From: a virus
Lineage: Duplodnaviria > Heunggongvirae > Uroviricota > Caudoviricetes
Virus record (IMG/VR): IMGVR_UViG_2684623133_000001
Location: 1 to 64,000 of that record
Length of the DNA: 64,000 bases
Direction: 5' to 3' (one strand)
Positions 53,201 through 62,528 of this stretch are shown in pieces. Position numbers and translations under genes: made by a program. The stretch's first letter is position 1. Every line of letters begins with the position of its first letter. The notes beneath the pieces were generated by a model. The model searched no databases, was not told the DNA's origin, and saw only the letters and a list, made by a program, of their open reading frames with translations.

Positions 53201-54967
53201 CTTGGGTACACCGTCACGCAGCTGCCCGGCGGAATCGTAAAGGTCACCGCGGCAACCGATGAGGCGCAGAAGCGTTTCAACGACCTGGTGTACAAGGTCA
53301 ACAACACGACCGCCACCCTTCCTATAGATCTCAAACTGGCCAACTCGCTCGGTGCGATCTTGCCGCCCGGATTGCAAGGCGTATTCAGTGCAGCCACCCT
53401 CGCCGGGCAGGTACCAGGCCGCGCCTCCGGTGGACATGTCGACGGCCGCGGCGTCATCAGTGGCCCCGGGACGGGCACCAGTGACTCCATCCTCGCCCGT
53501 GTAATAGGCGGTGGTGCAGGTGGATTCATCAAGGTATCCAACCGAGAGTCGATCAACACTGCGCAGTCCACACGCGACAACATGCCGCTCATCAACGCCA
53601 TGAACCGCGGCTGGGTACCGTCCGCCAACTTCCTGCGAATCCTCACCGGTATACCCGGATACGCGGGCGGAGGTCCCATCTCGATAGAGGACGCAGCCAA
53701 CGACATGGCGGGTGCGCCCTACGTCCGCGGCGGCCACGGCCCATCCGGTACCGACTGTTCCGGGGCCGCATCCGTCCTTGTCAACGCCGCCGTCGGGCAG
53801 CCCCTGTACGGCGAGCGGATGGCCACCGGTAACGCAGCCGATTGGCTCGCCGCCCGAGGCGCCATCATGGGCCGCGGACCAGCAGGCACCCTGCGCGTCG
53901 GATGGAAGAACGGCGGCCCCGGCGGCGGCCACATGGCCGTCACGCTGCCCGATGGCCGCAACGCTGAATCCGGCGGCAGCGTAGGCAAGTTCACCGTCGG
54001 CGCGGGCGCCGCAGGCGCCGACGACCCCCAATTCACCAACCAGGCGTACATCCCCATGAACGCCATGTACCCCGACGGCTGGCCCAGCGGCGCAGCGGGC
54101 GGCGGCTACAGCATGTACGGCTCCGGCAGCGGTGGGGGCGGGGCAGGCGGCTACGGCGGTGGAGGAAGCGGCGGGGGAGGTGCATCCCCGGCCCAGCGAC
54201 GTCAACTGCGTGACGCAGAGCAGAAGGTCCAGGACAAGCAGTTCGACATCGAACAGGCACAACGGAAGCTCGACGAACTCCAGGGCAAGAAGAACGTCAA
54301 GCCGTCCGAGCAGGCAGCCGCCGAGGAACGGCTATCCCGGGCGCAGCGCGAGCACAAGGACGCGCTGGACGACCTGTCCACCAAGCAGGAACAGGTCAAC
54401 GACGCCGACGCCCGGGGCCGCGGTGGACGCAACGGCCAGCAACCGGGCAGCGGCCCCGACGGCAAGAGCTTCGCCAAGGACATGATGTCCGGCGCCATGG
54501 AGATGCTCGGCCTGGACGGCTCCGTCTTCTCCAACCCCATGGAGTGGGGAATCTTCAAGCTGTTCACCGGAGGTGCCAACGCCATCGGCGGAATGCTCAA
54601 GAACGCATTCGGCGGCCCGCAGCAACAGCAGCAGAACCCCTTGGGTACCCAGGCCATGCGCAACAACCGCCATGGCCCGGGCGGCGCCCCCGGACCCGGC
54701 AACGGGGGCCTTGGAGAGTTCGACTTCGGCGACGGCGGCATGGGCGTAGTCGGTGACGCACTCCAGGCGGCGCTCCCTCAGGTCGGCGACTTCCTGCCCA
54801 ACAGCCAGAACCCCGGCGGGAACAACTACACGACCAACCAGAACAGCAACAACAGCAGCGCCACCGGCGCCGCGTTCTACGGCCCCGTCACCATCAACGA
54901 CCCAGGAGGCCTGGTGAAGCCGCCCGACCGGATGAACACCCGGATGACGGGACTGCCTAAGCCGTGA
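50258..54967 (+). CDS. Tape measure protein with embedded NlpC/P60-like peptidase motif
   Basis: 1569 aa. Coiled-coil N-terminus. Hydrophobic segments. PYVRGGHGPSGTDCSGAAS...GGGHMAVTL is a Cys/His peptidase-like motif. Gly-rich C-terminus. Confidence 0.8.
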   Translation: MSPAVAAVELAQVWVPLMPEASGLAAGVERIGRDAERRFGRATRTMGADMARNLAASGKSAVDALRQVERAEKALATAKKADADATGRLTVAQTRLNELNEKGRATATQRATAEEGVARARRAQELSTQNLTRATRDLERAQKAQSQASGQVKMPFGAGLIMRAEAYGSDSGARFAQGFQRALNTGAALAAGGGFIAAVKSVVDTGLSFDSALNTMQGVTRALPEQIAAVSRRARELGADTQLAGVSASDAAQAMTELAKGGFDVDQSMSAARGTLQLATAAQVSAAEAAKIQANALHAFGMDANQAANMADMLANVANASTGDIGDFALGLQQAGAVAHGFGLTAQDTITALGLLANAGIRGSDAGTLIKTSLQAITDQGNPAQGAIESLGLTLYDTTGKFVGYRSMLEQVAAASKRMTEEEFQADTNILFGSDAMRAAMVAAGGGVQMFDEMFRAVGRAGGASEMAAAQMQGLPGVVEGLKNTAESAKLALYDLVSPSLQSAGRGMTGWLDKAADAMRDLRTGGGGSGTAVDQIRQGWRDISSAAKDLAPSLAAASKAIAMGAGATAVAGWRALGFAMQALEPPLKLVADILGNNQWLTTGLVAVLTALYLKSKLTGPALQVAAKATQAWGTAFAGWRTPAAQAQQAMENTTRAAGESTRAQRGWATQMRDSYNQVADRSLFFSRTAGTAGAAMTGMKLAGSGVLSMLGGPWGVAAAGVGIAMGMIADAHQKAAQKAQEQKQAEEELRATLDQDTGRVTDETRRKAAERFGKEDPYKTTDIGRAKGLGIDPNMLVDAATGTGNVQAYDIIKKLALDKGVREGLDKVSITGSGGTKLDWKVIQQQYQAMGVSSDELYNALLKEGNGWDTVNEKIAKYRTANPGDQNLVGLQQIIDAMPDANESLITLTQNVNEQRRETDKGAQSLRDMAQAQYGLWKPTEEGAARFKDLGAAIVSVPNNKSIDLKVDPAKYDETKKKLEELGYTVTQLPGGIVKVTAATDEAQKRFNDLVYKVNNTTATLPIDLKLANSLGAILPPGLQGVFSAATLAGQVPGRASGGHVDGRGVISGPGTGTSDSILARVIGGGAGGFIKVSNRESINTAQSTRDNMPLINAMNRGWVPSANFLRILTGIPGYAGGGPISIEDAANDMAGAPYVRGGHGPSGTDCSGAASVLVNAAVGQPLYGERMATGNAADWLAARGAIMGRGPAGTLRVGWKNGGPGGGHMAVTLPDGRNAESGGSVGKFTVGAGAAGADDPQFTNQAYIPMNAMYPDGWPSGAAGGGYSMYGSGSGGGGAGGYGGGGSGGGGASPAQRRQLRDAEQKVQDKQFDIEQAQRKLDELQGKKNVKPSEQAAAEERLSRAQREHKDALDDLSTKQEQVNDADARGRGGRNGQQPGSGPDGKSFAKDMMSGAMEMLGLDGSVFSNPMEWGIFKLFTGGANAIGGMLKNAFGGPQQQQQNPLGTQAMRNNRHGPGGAPGPGNGGLGEFDFGDGGMGVVGDALQAALPQVGDFLPNSQNPGGNNYTTNQNSNNSSATGAAFYGPVTINDPGGLVKPPDRMNTRMTGLPKP

Positions 54968-55977
54968 GGTTCATCCGGCAGTCCGAGATCCCCGCCTACG
55001 ACCAATGGGACAAGCTGCCGAAGGCCCTCCAGGGGCTCGACACCCGGATAGTCCACATCTCGCCCGATGGCGACTTCACCGACATGTACGGCGGTATCAA
55101 CGCCGGACGTCAGGGCGTGCAGCTGTCCGAAGACATTGAGGGCGAGCACCACTGGCCGTTTGAGCTACTGCTAACCGAGGGCGCCTATGAGCTTGGGGCA
55201 ACCGTCGAACGCGCCAACATCCTCAAACGAGAAATCAACTTCACGGTCTCCATCGGCGGTAAGGGAGTGCCGTTCAACAACTTCCAGTACCGGATGGCTG
55301 AGGACCGCTGGTTCCGAGGCCAAGACGAGAACCGTGACGGATGGCTCGGCATCTACACCCGCTTCTCCGGCTGGCGATGGATCAGGGTCCGGCCCGCCCA
55401 GACCGTAGGCGGCAGCCAGAAGCGCGACCCCGTAGCCTTCGGCAACAACTTCGCCAAGTGGCCGATGAAGTGGCTGGCCCAGAAGCCGTACTACAGCAAG
55501 CCGTCCATCTGGGCGACGTGGCAGAACAACCCCGCCACCGCAGCACAATTCGGTGGCGACGGCGAAGGCATCATCGTCTTGCCCAACCGTGGCGACCTGG
55601 AGTCCTACACCCAATTCATAGTCCCGCCCGGGCGGTGCTGGGTTGAGGACGGCGACAGCGGACGCATGGTCGAGCTACCCCTGATCGCCCCATCCGACGG
55701 ATACGTCCTCGTCGACACCGACCCCAAGGAGCGGACACTCACCGCATCCAACGACCCGGTCGACAACATCTTCTACCAGATCGCCAGGCGCTCAAAGATA
55801 TTGGACTTCCTACTGCACGACCTGGCAGCCACCGGTGAGCCGGTGTGGAAGCGATTCGACAAGCGGTTCCAAGCATCAGTCCCATCCAGGCACGTCGCGC
55901 AGATCCGGGTCAAGCACAGCAACCCCAATGCCAAGATCACCGCGATACTGCCGCAACGCTATAAGAGGTCTCGGTAG
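54964..55977 (+). CDS. Minor tail protein (distal tail protein-like)
   Basis: Position after the tape measure. 337 aa. Confidence 0.5.
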   Translation: MRFIRQSEIPAYDQWDKLPKALQGLDTRIVHISPDGDFTDMYGGINAGRQGVQLSEDIEGEHHWPFELLLTEGAYELGATVERANILKREINFTVSIGGKGVPFNNFQYRMAEDRWFRGQDENRDGWLGIYTRFSGWRWIRVRPAQTVGGSQKRDPVAFGNNFAKWPMKWLAQKPYYSKPSIWATWQNNPATAAQFGGDGEGIIVLPNRGDLESYTQFIVPPGRCWVEDGDSGRMVELPLIAPSDGYVLVDTDPKERTLTASNDPVDNIFYQIARRSKILDFLLHDLAATGEPVWKRFDKRFQASVPSRHVAQIRVKHSNPNAKITAILPQRYKRSR

Positions 55978-57813
55978 GTGACTAGCGCACTCCTAGATGG
56001 CGTACAGCACGGATTGACCACAGCGCCACTGGAGTTCACGCGCTGGCTCAACGACGCCCTCGTAGACACAATGAACCGGCCGACCAAGCCGGACCCGGCC
56101 ACAGACCCCATGTCGGCCTACAAGTACCTGCGCGGCCGACGTGACGCCATTGAAGGTGCGGCACGCCAGCGCCCCATGCTGCGCCTCTTCGACAAGAACA
56201 TGGACCCCATCGCCCAGATCGCGGGCGAGCGGCTGGCGTCGGTCGAAGAGATGAACTCGGACTCTGGTCAGGCGAATGTCGTACTGCGGTACGACAACTG
56301 GCTCACCGACTTCATCCTCCAACAGACGAAGATCCACGAGGACCTGCACCTCGTCGTCGACCCCATCCCCACACAGCCAACCTGGCGGACCCGGTGGGGC
56401 GGGAAGGTCACCGGCATCAACGCCAAGCGCGACTCGTCCGGCGTCCACACGCTGGAACTGGAGGCGATCAGTAACCGGCAGCACGCAAAGAACCTGCTCT
56501 TTGCCGCTAACCCCGTGTTTCCTCCCGAGGTTCAGCTGCCGAAAATGTGGGTGCTACCAGGCAATACACGCACCATCTTGTCCGCGTCCATGTTCATCAA
56601 CCTGGCGCGCCTGTTCTTCCCGCTCCTGTCCATCCCGACCAACGTCTTCAACCCGTTCGGCTGGCTCAACGGCGGCATCAGCGGACTCGACCCGCTGTCC
56701 TGGCCACTGCAAGTCGCATTCGTCAACCCCATCCTCGATCAGTCCCGCCTCTCCGTCATCGGCGCGGCATGGACCGACTGGCACTCGGCGATGAACGACA
56801 TGTTGAAGGACGCTGGCTGCGACTTCCGTGCCTACACCTGGCTCAAGGAAGACAAGGACTCTCCGCATACCGAACTCGTAGACCTGGTGCGCGGCACCGT
56901 CGCTGAGGACGCGGTCAACGACGCCACCAGGCCGCACCGCAACTGCATCGTCTTCGCCATCGAAGACAAGTCGGGCGTGACCGGCCCAACCGGAACAGCG
57001 GCCGACGGCGTCATCAACCTCATCGGCGCCACGTTGGACGACATGATCACCGAAACCCTCATCAACCTCGATGAGGACGGTGACGGCGAGACCGATCCGG
57101 TGTTCCGAAAGCTGCTCGGCGTCGCGCCCGAGAAGCCTAAAACCATCTGGTACGACGGCCAATTCAGCGGAATCATCGAATCGGAACGCCGACAACACAA
57201 GGGTCCAGTCAAGACGGTGATGACGGGCTCCCGCAGCCCGCAGATTGTCAACCAAGCCCAGACATTTGCTATCAGGTACGCGCTGTCGCAGCTGGCGCAG
57301 GTAATCAACTATGCAATAGGTGCCTACCAGCAGCCGGGCACTGAAGGTCTGGACAACCTCTACCAAGGCCAGCTGGACAACACTTTGCTGGCGTGGATGC
57401 GCTTCACTGATCCGCGCCGCGCGCTCTGGACCGGCGACATGGCCTGGCAGGAGCATTTCGAGAAGGGCGGCGGCACCGCCTACACCCTGTCCGGTGTCGT
57501 CACCATGCGCGTCGGCCACTACAAAACCCGTGCCTGGCAGGGCTTTACGGTCAAGGTCGTCAACGGCCGACCACACGCCATAGACATCGACATCGGCCTG
57601 GGCGACCGGGCCGGATTCGAGCAGGGCGGCATCATCTTCGTCGACCAGATCACCGCGATAAAGCGGACATGGTCCCGAAGTGAGCCAGTCACAGTGCAAC
57701 TGGCTATCGGCGATGACAGCGACAAGGAAGACCCCGCAGCGCGGGGTCTTCGTGCATTGCAGGCCGTTTGGACAACGCTGTCCCAATTCCTCGGCGAAGG
57801 GACCATCTTCTGA
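55978..57813 (+). CDS. Minor tail protein (tail-tip/baseplate hub-like)
   Basis: 611 aa. Position. Confidence 0.45.
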   Translation: MTSALLDGVQHGLTTAPLEFTRWLNDALVDTMNRPTKPDPATDPMSAYKYLRGRRDAIEGAARQRPMLRLFDKNMDPIAQIAGERLASVEEMNSDSGQANVVLRYDNWLTDFILQQTKIHEDLHLVVDPIPTQPTWRTRWGGKVTGINAKRDSSGVHTLELEAISNRQHAKNLLFAANPVFPPEVQLPKMWVLPGNTRTILSASMFINLARLFFPLLSIPTNVFNPFGWLNGGISGLDPLSWPLQVAFVNPILDQSRLSVIGAAWTDWHSAMNDMLKDAGCDFRAYTWLKEDKDSPHTELVDLVRGTVAEDAVNDATRPHRNCIVFAIEDKSGVTGPTGTAADGVINLIGATLDDMITETLINLDEDGDGETDPVFRKLLGVAPEKPKTIWYDGQFSGIIESERRQHKGPVKTVMTGSRSPQIVNQAQTFAIRYALSQLAQVINYAIGAYQQPGTEGLDNLYQGQLDNTLLAWMRFTDPRRALWTGDMAWQEHFEKGGGTAYTLSGVVTMRVGHYKTRAWQGFTVKVVNGRPHAIDIDIGLGDRAGFEQGGIIFVDQITAIKRTWSRSEPVTVQLAIGDDSDKEDPAARGLRALQAVWTTLSQFLGEGTIF

Positions 57814-58424
57814 TGGCCGCCGACCGGCCAGGCAAGGCACACCGCGTACCGGCAGACCAGGCGCCCCCAACGGCGGCCGACACTGCGACGCTTTCGCCCC
57901 GCGACCTTGCCGTCTGCGCGGCAGCTGACGACGCCGAAAATGGCGACCTCACACCAGATATGCAGGTCGGACTCAACGCCGGACTGGACATCGAGCAGGC
58001 GGCGAAGGTCGCAGAAATGCGTGAGATACAGCGCGCATACCTGGAGCTGCTGGAGGTCATGGAGTACCCAGTCGACCAGAACGGGCGCGTCCACGACCTC
58101 AACCACATGTCCGCCACCATCCTCGCAATCGCCTGGACCGCAGTGCTGTACGGATTCCGCCGCACCGCCGCCGCCCACATCAAGAAGCGGCGCATGCACG
58201 GCCCAGGCATCTACGAGAACGCGTGCACATGGGTGGACGTCAACGCCCCCGACGACGCCGAACGAGACCTACAGCCAGGCGATTACAGCGACGACCGACT
58301 CCGCCCACCCGACGTCCGCGGCCTCGCGGCACGCCGCGACGGCGAGGGGCCGGTCTTGACCGCCGAGTGGCACACGAAACCAGAGGTCCGCTACACCGAC
58401 GCACCCCGTCCCAAGGAGGACTAG
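57813..58424 (+). CDS. Minor tail protein (putative)
   Basis: 203 aa. Confidence 0.35.
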   Translation: MAADRPGKAHRVPADQAPPTAADTATLSPRDLAVCAAADDAENGDLTPDMQVGLNAGLDIEQAAKVAEMREIQRAYLELLEVMEYPVDQNGRVHDLNHMSATILAIAWTAVLYGFRRTAAAHIKKRRMHGPGIYENACTWVDVNAPDDAERDLQPGDYSDDRLRPPDVRGLAARRDGEGPVLTAEWHTKPEVRYTDAPRPKED

Positions 58425-59828
58425 ATGACTTCACCGGTACCACCCATCGGCCTGATGGTGTACCTCAAGTCCCTGCTGACGAACACCCACATCTACGCCG
58501 TGGTGTCCGATGGGGCGACACCGGATCAGTACGCGGTCACCATGGAAATCCAAGGCGACCAGGCAACTTTGGTAGTGCCAGCGCTCATGGGGCCACAGGG
58601 TCCGGCCGGTACCAACGCCTTCGCGCTGCGCCTCCAGAAGTCGATGATCGACGACCCCGAGGACCTGCCGACCAACCTCCAGGACATCGAGGAGGACATC
58701 GGCAAGTACTGGATCATGAACCACTACGCCACCGTCAACGAGGTCCAGACGGTGACACTGAACGGCGCCCCCACCTCCTTCACCATCGCGTACGACGGCC
58801 AGCCGACCGCATCCATTGCCGGTAACGCCACCGCCCAGGCATTCGAGGACGCGCTCGTTGCCCTACCCAACGTGTCCACCGGCGACGTCGAGGTCGTCGG
58901 CAACCCCGGCGGCCCCTACACGGTGACCTTCGCCGGTTCCAAGGCCGGTATCGGGCAGCCACAGATGACCGGCACGCCCACCGGTGGCACCAGCCCCTCA
59001 GTGGTGGTGACCACCGAACAGGAGGGCGTCACCAACCTCATCGGGTCTCGCGCCTACATCTGGTTCGGCACCGAATACCGAATCCTCATGATGGGATCGG
59101 AAGGCCCCCCAGGGCCGGTGCCCCAGATCAGCTGGAGCGTTGAGCTTCTCCCGCCGGAGGGCGCCCAAGACTCCTACGTCCACCAGACCGGCTCCCCATA
59201 CGCGCCGTCGTGCCGCCTGTACTTGAAGGTCCCGCGCGGCCCGCAAGGTCCCGCCGCCAGCCTCGGGCAGGCCCCGGACGTCGATATGTCCACCCCGCCA
59301 CAACACCTCCAGGTTCTGGGCTTCGACGAGAACATCGGGGCGTCCGGCAAGTGGCGGCCCATGTCCATCGGGTCGATCCTGCCCAGGCCGTTCACGGTGC
59401 CCGAAGCTGCCTTCACCAACTTCCAGGGCTTCTCCACCCGTGCACCCATCGGGTCGTTTGCCATTCCCGCGCAACCATTCCCGTGGAAGCCGATTGTCTT
59501 CGGGAAGATCAAGGCGACCGGTGTGGAGCTAGACCAGGACCCGCTCATCATCGGCTGCGAGGTGCGGCTGGGACACCCCACCTCCGGCCAACTCATCGCC
59601 CGCGGCTTCGGTAACACCTCCCAGTGGGCACACATGTCTCCGCACGCGTCGACGCCGTCGGACCCCACCATGGCCATCACGCCGGACAACACCTACGCCC
59701 TGGTGCCCGCCAACCACACCGGCAACCAGGGCACCGTCTACGTCAACCTCTACAACGACGGCCTGGCCGGTGCCTACCTGTTCGACAAGGCCAACGCCCA
59801 GCTGTACGTCGAGGTCATGCCGGTCTAA
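58425..59828 (+). CDS. Minor tail protein
   Basis: 467 aa. Short collagen-like GPQGPAG segments. Confidence 0.45.
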   Translation: MTSPVPPIGLMVYLKSLLTNTHIYAVVSDGATPDQYAVTMEIQGDQATLVVPALMGPQGPAGTNAFALRLQKSMIDDPEDLPTNLQDIEEDIGKYWIMNHYATVNEVQTVTLNGAPTSFTIAYDGQPTASIAGNATAQAFEDALVALPNVSTGDVEVVGNPGGPYTVTFAGSKAGIGQPQMTGTPTGGTSPSVVVTTEQEGVTNLIGSRAYIWFGTEYRILMMGSEGPPGPVPQISWSVELLPPEGAQDSYVHQTGSPYAPSCRLYLKVPRGPQGPAASLGQAPDVDMSTPPQHLQVLGFDENIGASGKWRPMSIGSILPRPFTVPEAAFTNFQGFSTRAPIGSFAIPAQPFPWKPIVFGKIKATGVELDQDPLIIGCEVRLGHPTSGQLIARGFGNTSQWAHMSPHASTPSDPTMAITPDNTYALVPANHTGNQGTVYVNLYNDGLAGAYLFDKANAQLYVEVMPV

Positions 59829-62344
59829 TGCCTCGGTCAGTCGATCTGGTCCCGCAGAACTTCAAGACGGAATACGACCCGACCAACCAACTCGCCCAGG
59901 ACCCGGCCCTCAAGAAGACGATCACCAACCTCGGCGACGTCCTCAAGCAGCTCCCGGTGATGATCCAGAAGGAACTCCAGCGGCTCATCGACTCGCTGCT
60001 GGGAATCGCCACCAACCCCATCCCCGAAATCATCGAGTGGCTGGACGAGCTGAAAAAGGGCATCGCCAACGTCCTGTCATGGATCAAGCCCGGACTGCTG
60101 CCGCTTATCCCCCTGTCGCAGATCGGCGAATGGTTCCCGAATCTGCTTCTCAACGGCGGCTTCGACACCGACGCCGCGGTTGTGGACAACCCAGACTGGC
60201 TGTGGGACGGCACCGTTGGCCGCACCAGCCCATTGGGATCGGTCAAGGCGATCATGTCGGGCACCGCAAAGTACCTGCACTCCAACGCCATACCGGTGGC
60301 CAAGAAGCAGCACCTGGAGCTGGAGGCGTTCACCCGCTGGCAGGGACTCGCGGCAGCTGCTGGCACCAACCCCATCCGGCTGGTCATCACCTCATACCTC
60401 GCCGGTAACCCTGTCGCATCCACAATCGTTGCACAACACCAGCCGTCGGCCGCCGACAGCAGCGGATGGGTGGAACTACACGGGACCTACACCGTGCCCG
60501 ACACCGGAGTCGACGAGGTCCGCACCACGCTGCTGGTTACAGGTGACGTCACCGCGGGCACCGTGTGGTTCGACGACGCCGATACCTGGAAGACCGGGAA
60601 GCTCCCGCAGGATTACGTGCAGGACCTCGTCACCCAGCTAGAGCAGTTCGGCACCGACATAGGCAACGCCCTAGAGGAGCTGGCACACAAGGTCGGACTG
60701 GACCGCTTCAAGGAGTTCTTCGACACCGTCGCCGGACAGGTCAACGCCGAAATCGGAGACGTCCAAAACCGCCTCACGGCCATCACCGCCGACGGCAAGA
60801 TCGACGCCGCAGAGATCCTGGGCTTGCTCGGCCTGGGCAACATTCCACTCCTCCCGCAGACCAAGGTCACGGACCTACCCGACCTCAACGCCCAGCTGAA
60901 CCAGATACGGGACATCTTCGCCGGGCTTGTCGTCACACCCATCAACTCGACCATCCAGGCCGTCAAGGACTGGTTCGGGCTGAGTAACAACAAGACTCAG
61001 AAGCTCACCAGCGGCGGAACACTGAACGCAGGCGACGTCGTCGGCAATTTCGACATGAGCCGGGTCAACGATCTGGTCAGCAACCTCGGCAACATGCTTA
61101 CCGGGGTCAAGACGGGTGCCGACGGAACAACCACCGGCACAACGGGAACCATCGCCGATCAGATCAACCAGGCCAAGGACTCCCTGCTGTCCCTGCTCGG
61201 CCTGTCGCAGGACGCCCTCAAAAGCGCTATCGCGGCCCAGACCACGTTGCAGGAACAGGAGACCGAGCAGAACACCGGTGGCGGCAACAGCTACAGCTTC
61301 GTGTTCTCCGGCGCTGACGGCTCCGCCCTGAATTCGACTGATTGGACCACCGGCCCGACCGCTGGCGACATCACCATCCGCGGGGACTCCGGTTATGCGG
61401 GGGTCAAGAACGGCAACCCTGACGGGTACTTCTTCGCCAGCCCCAACTACACCTACGCCACCGACGGCCAATCAGCCTCATTTGTGCTGGGCGACACCCA
61501 GAACGGCAACTACTACTCGGGCGTCTACATCCGATGCGACTCGGGCCGCACACAGGGCGCCTATTGCCTCGCCAAAGAGGGCGAGATCCGTATCGGCAAG
61601 TTCACCCGCTCAGGTAGCAGCTGGTCATTCAACACGCCGCTGACACTGCAAACCGGACTCTCAGCGGTCAAGCAGGGCGCGCGCATCGAGATCCGCTGCT
61701 CAGGCACCAACTACTTCGTGCGCGTCAACGGCCGCCAAATCCTCTCCGCCACCGACGCGGGCAACACCATCAACATCGGTGCCGCATACCGGTATTCGAT
61801 GTTCAGCGTGCAGCGGGCAAGCCCGTTTTTCACCTACGACTCCTACCGCATCGCCGCGTTCGCGATGTCCGACTACACCTCAGCGGGAGCGGGATTCTCG
61901 ATGTCAAACTCATGGAGCATCAGACGCGACAGCACCGCCGACGTCACCTATGGCCCCTATTCTTCCGGCGCGTTCCCGTCGGGGTTCTTCACATTCAACG
62001 ACTACACCACAGACGTCACGCTCGACGACTTAGGCACGGCACGTATCGAGATCGCCACCACCGGCTTGTACCGCATCAGCACAACGTACCGATCGGTCAC
62101 CGCCAAGGGCACGTCCGTGCCCTATTGGGTCGTGTACAAGAACGGCACCCGCATCACCGGGGCCATTCCCTCAGGTTGCCCTTTCGAGATCCCGCTCGTG
62201 GCGGGAGATGTCGTGCAGCCGGGATTTATCGCGGTCGACTACGACATACGGTCCAACGGCTCAACCGGCTCAGAAACCGTTGTGTCACGAAGCATCACAG
62301 CCCTATCCGGCATCGCCACATTCGATGGCCGCCGTATCGCATAA
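59828..62344 (+). CDS. Minor tail protein (large; probable receptor-binding/fibre component)
   Basis: About 838 aa. Gly/Thr-rich, with a beta-rich C-terminal half. Confidence 0.45.
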   Translation: MPRSVDLVPQNFKTEYDPTNQLAQDPALKKTITNLGDVLKQLPVMIQKELQRLIDSLLGIATNPIPEIIEWLDELKKGIANVLSWIKPGLLPLIPLSQIGEWFPNLLLNGGFDTDAAVVDNPDWLWDGTVGRTSPLGSVKAIMSGTAKYLHSNAIPVAKKQHLELEAFTRWQGLAAAAGTNPIRLVITSYLAGNPVASTIVAQHQPSAADSSGWVELHGTYTVPDTGVDEVRTTLLVTGDVTAGTVWFDDADTWKTGKLPQDYVQDLVTQLEQFGTDIGNALEELAHKVGLDRFKEFFDTVAGQVNAEIGDVQNRLTAITADGKIDAAEILGLLGLGNIPLLPQTKVTDLPDLNAQLNQIRDIFAGLVVTPINSTIQAVKDWFGLSNNKTQKLTSGGTLNAGDVVGNFDMSRVNDLVSNLGNMLTGVKTGADGTTTGTTGTIADQINQAKDSLLSLLGLSQDALKSAIAAQTTLQEQETEQNTGGGNSYSFVFSGADGSALNSTDWTTGPTAGDITIRGDSGYAGVKNGNPDGYFFASPNYTYATDGQSASFVLGDTQNGNYYSGVYIRCDSGRTQGAYCLAKEGEIRIGKFTRSGSSWSFNTPLTLQTGLSAVKQGARIEIRCSGTNYFVRVNGRQILSATDAGNTINIGAAYRYSMFSVQRASPFFTYDSYRIAAFAMSDYTSAGAGFSMSNSWSIRRDSTADVTYGPYSSGAFPSGFFTFNDYTTDVTLDDLGTARIEIATTGLYRISTTYRSVTAKGTSVPYWVVYKNGTRITGAIPSGCPFEIPLVAGDVVQPGFIAVDYDIRSNGSTGSETVVSRSITALSGIATFDGRRIA

Positions 62345-62366
62345 CCACCCGAAAGAGGCATCAGCG

Positions 62367-62528
62367 ATGACCACATTCACCATGCCCGAACTACCCGGCA
62401 TCACCTTCACCGCCGAGCGCGGCGGCCTGGACCCAGACGGGAAGCTCAACCCGTCCTGGATTCAGATCACCGGCACCAACGACGCAGACGGTCAAATGGT
62501 CTCCTGCATAGGATTCGCCGGTCCGTAG
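62367..62528 (+). CDS. Small hypothetical protein (53 aa)
   Basis: ATG start with RBS GAGG. In frame with track 62208..62528. Confidence 0.3.
   Translation: MTTFTMPELPGITFTAERGGLDPDGKLNPSWIQITGTNDADGQMVSCIGFAGP

Noticed and set aside
52814-54262. 482-aa minus-strand ORF, plus other long antisense ORFs, inside the tape measure gene
   Set aside because: They are antisense to the 1569-aa tape measure. The same reasoning applies to 56554..57870 inside the minor tail gene.
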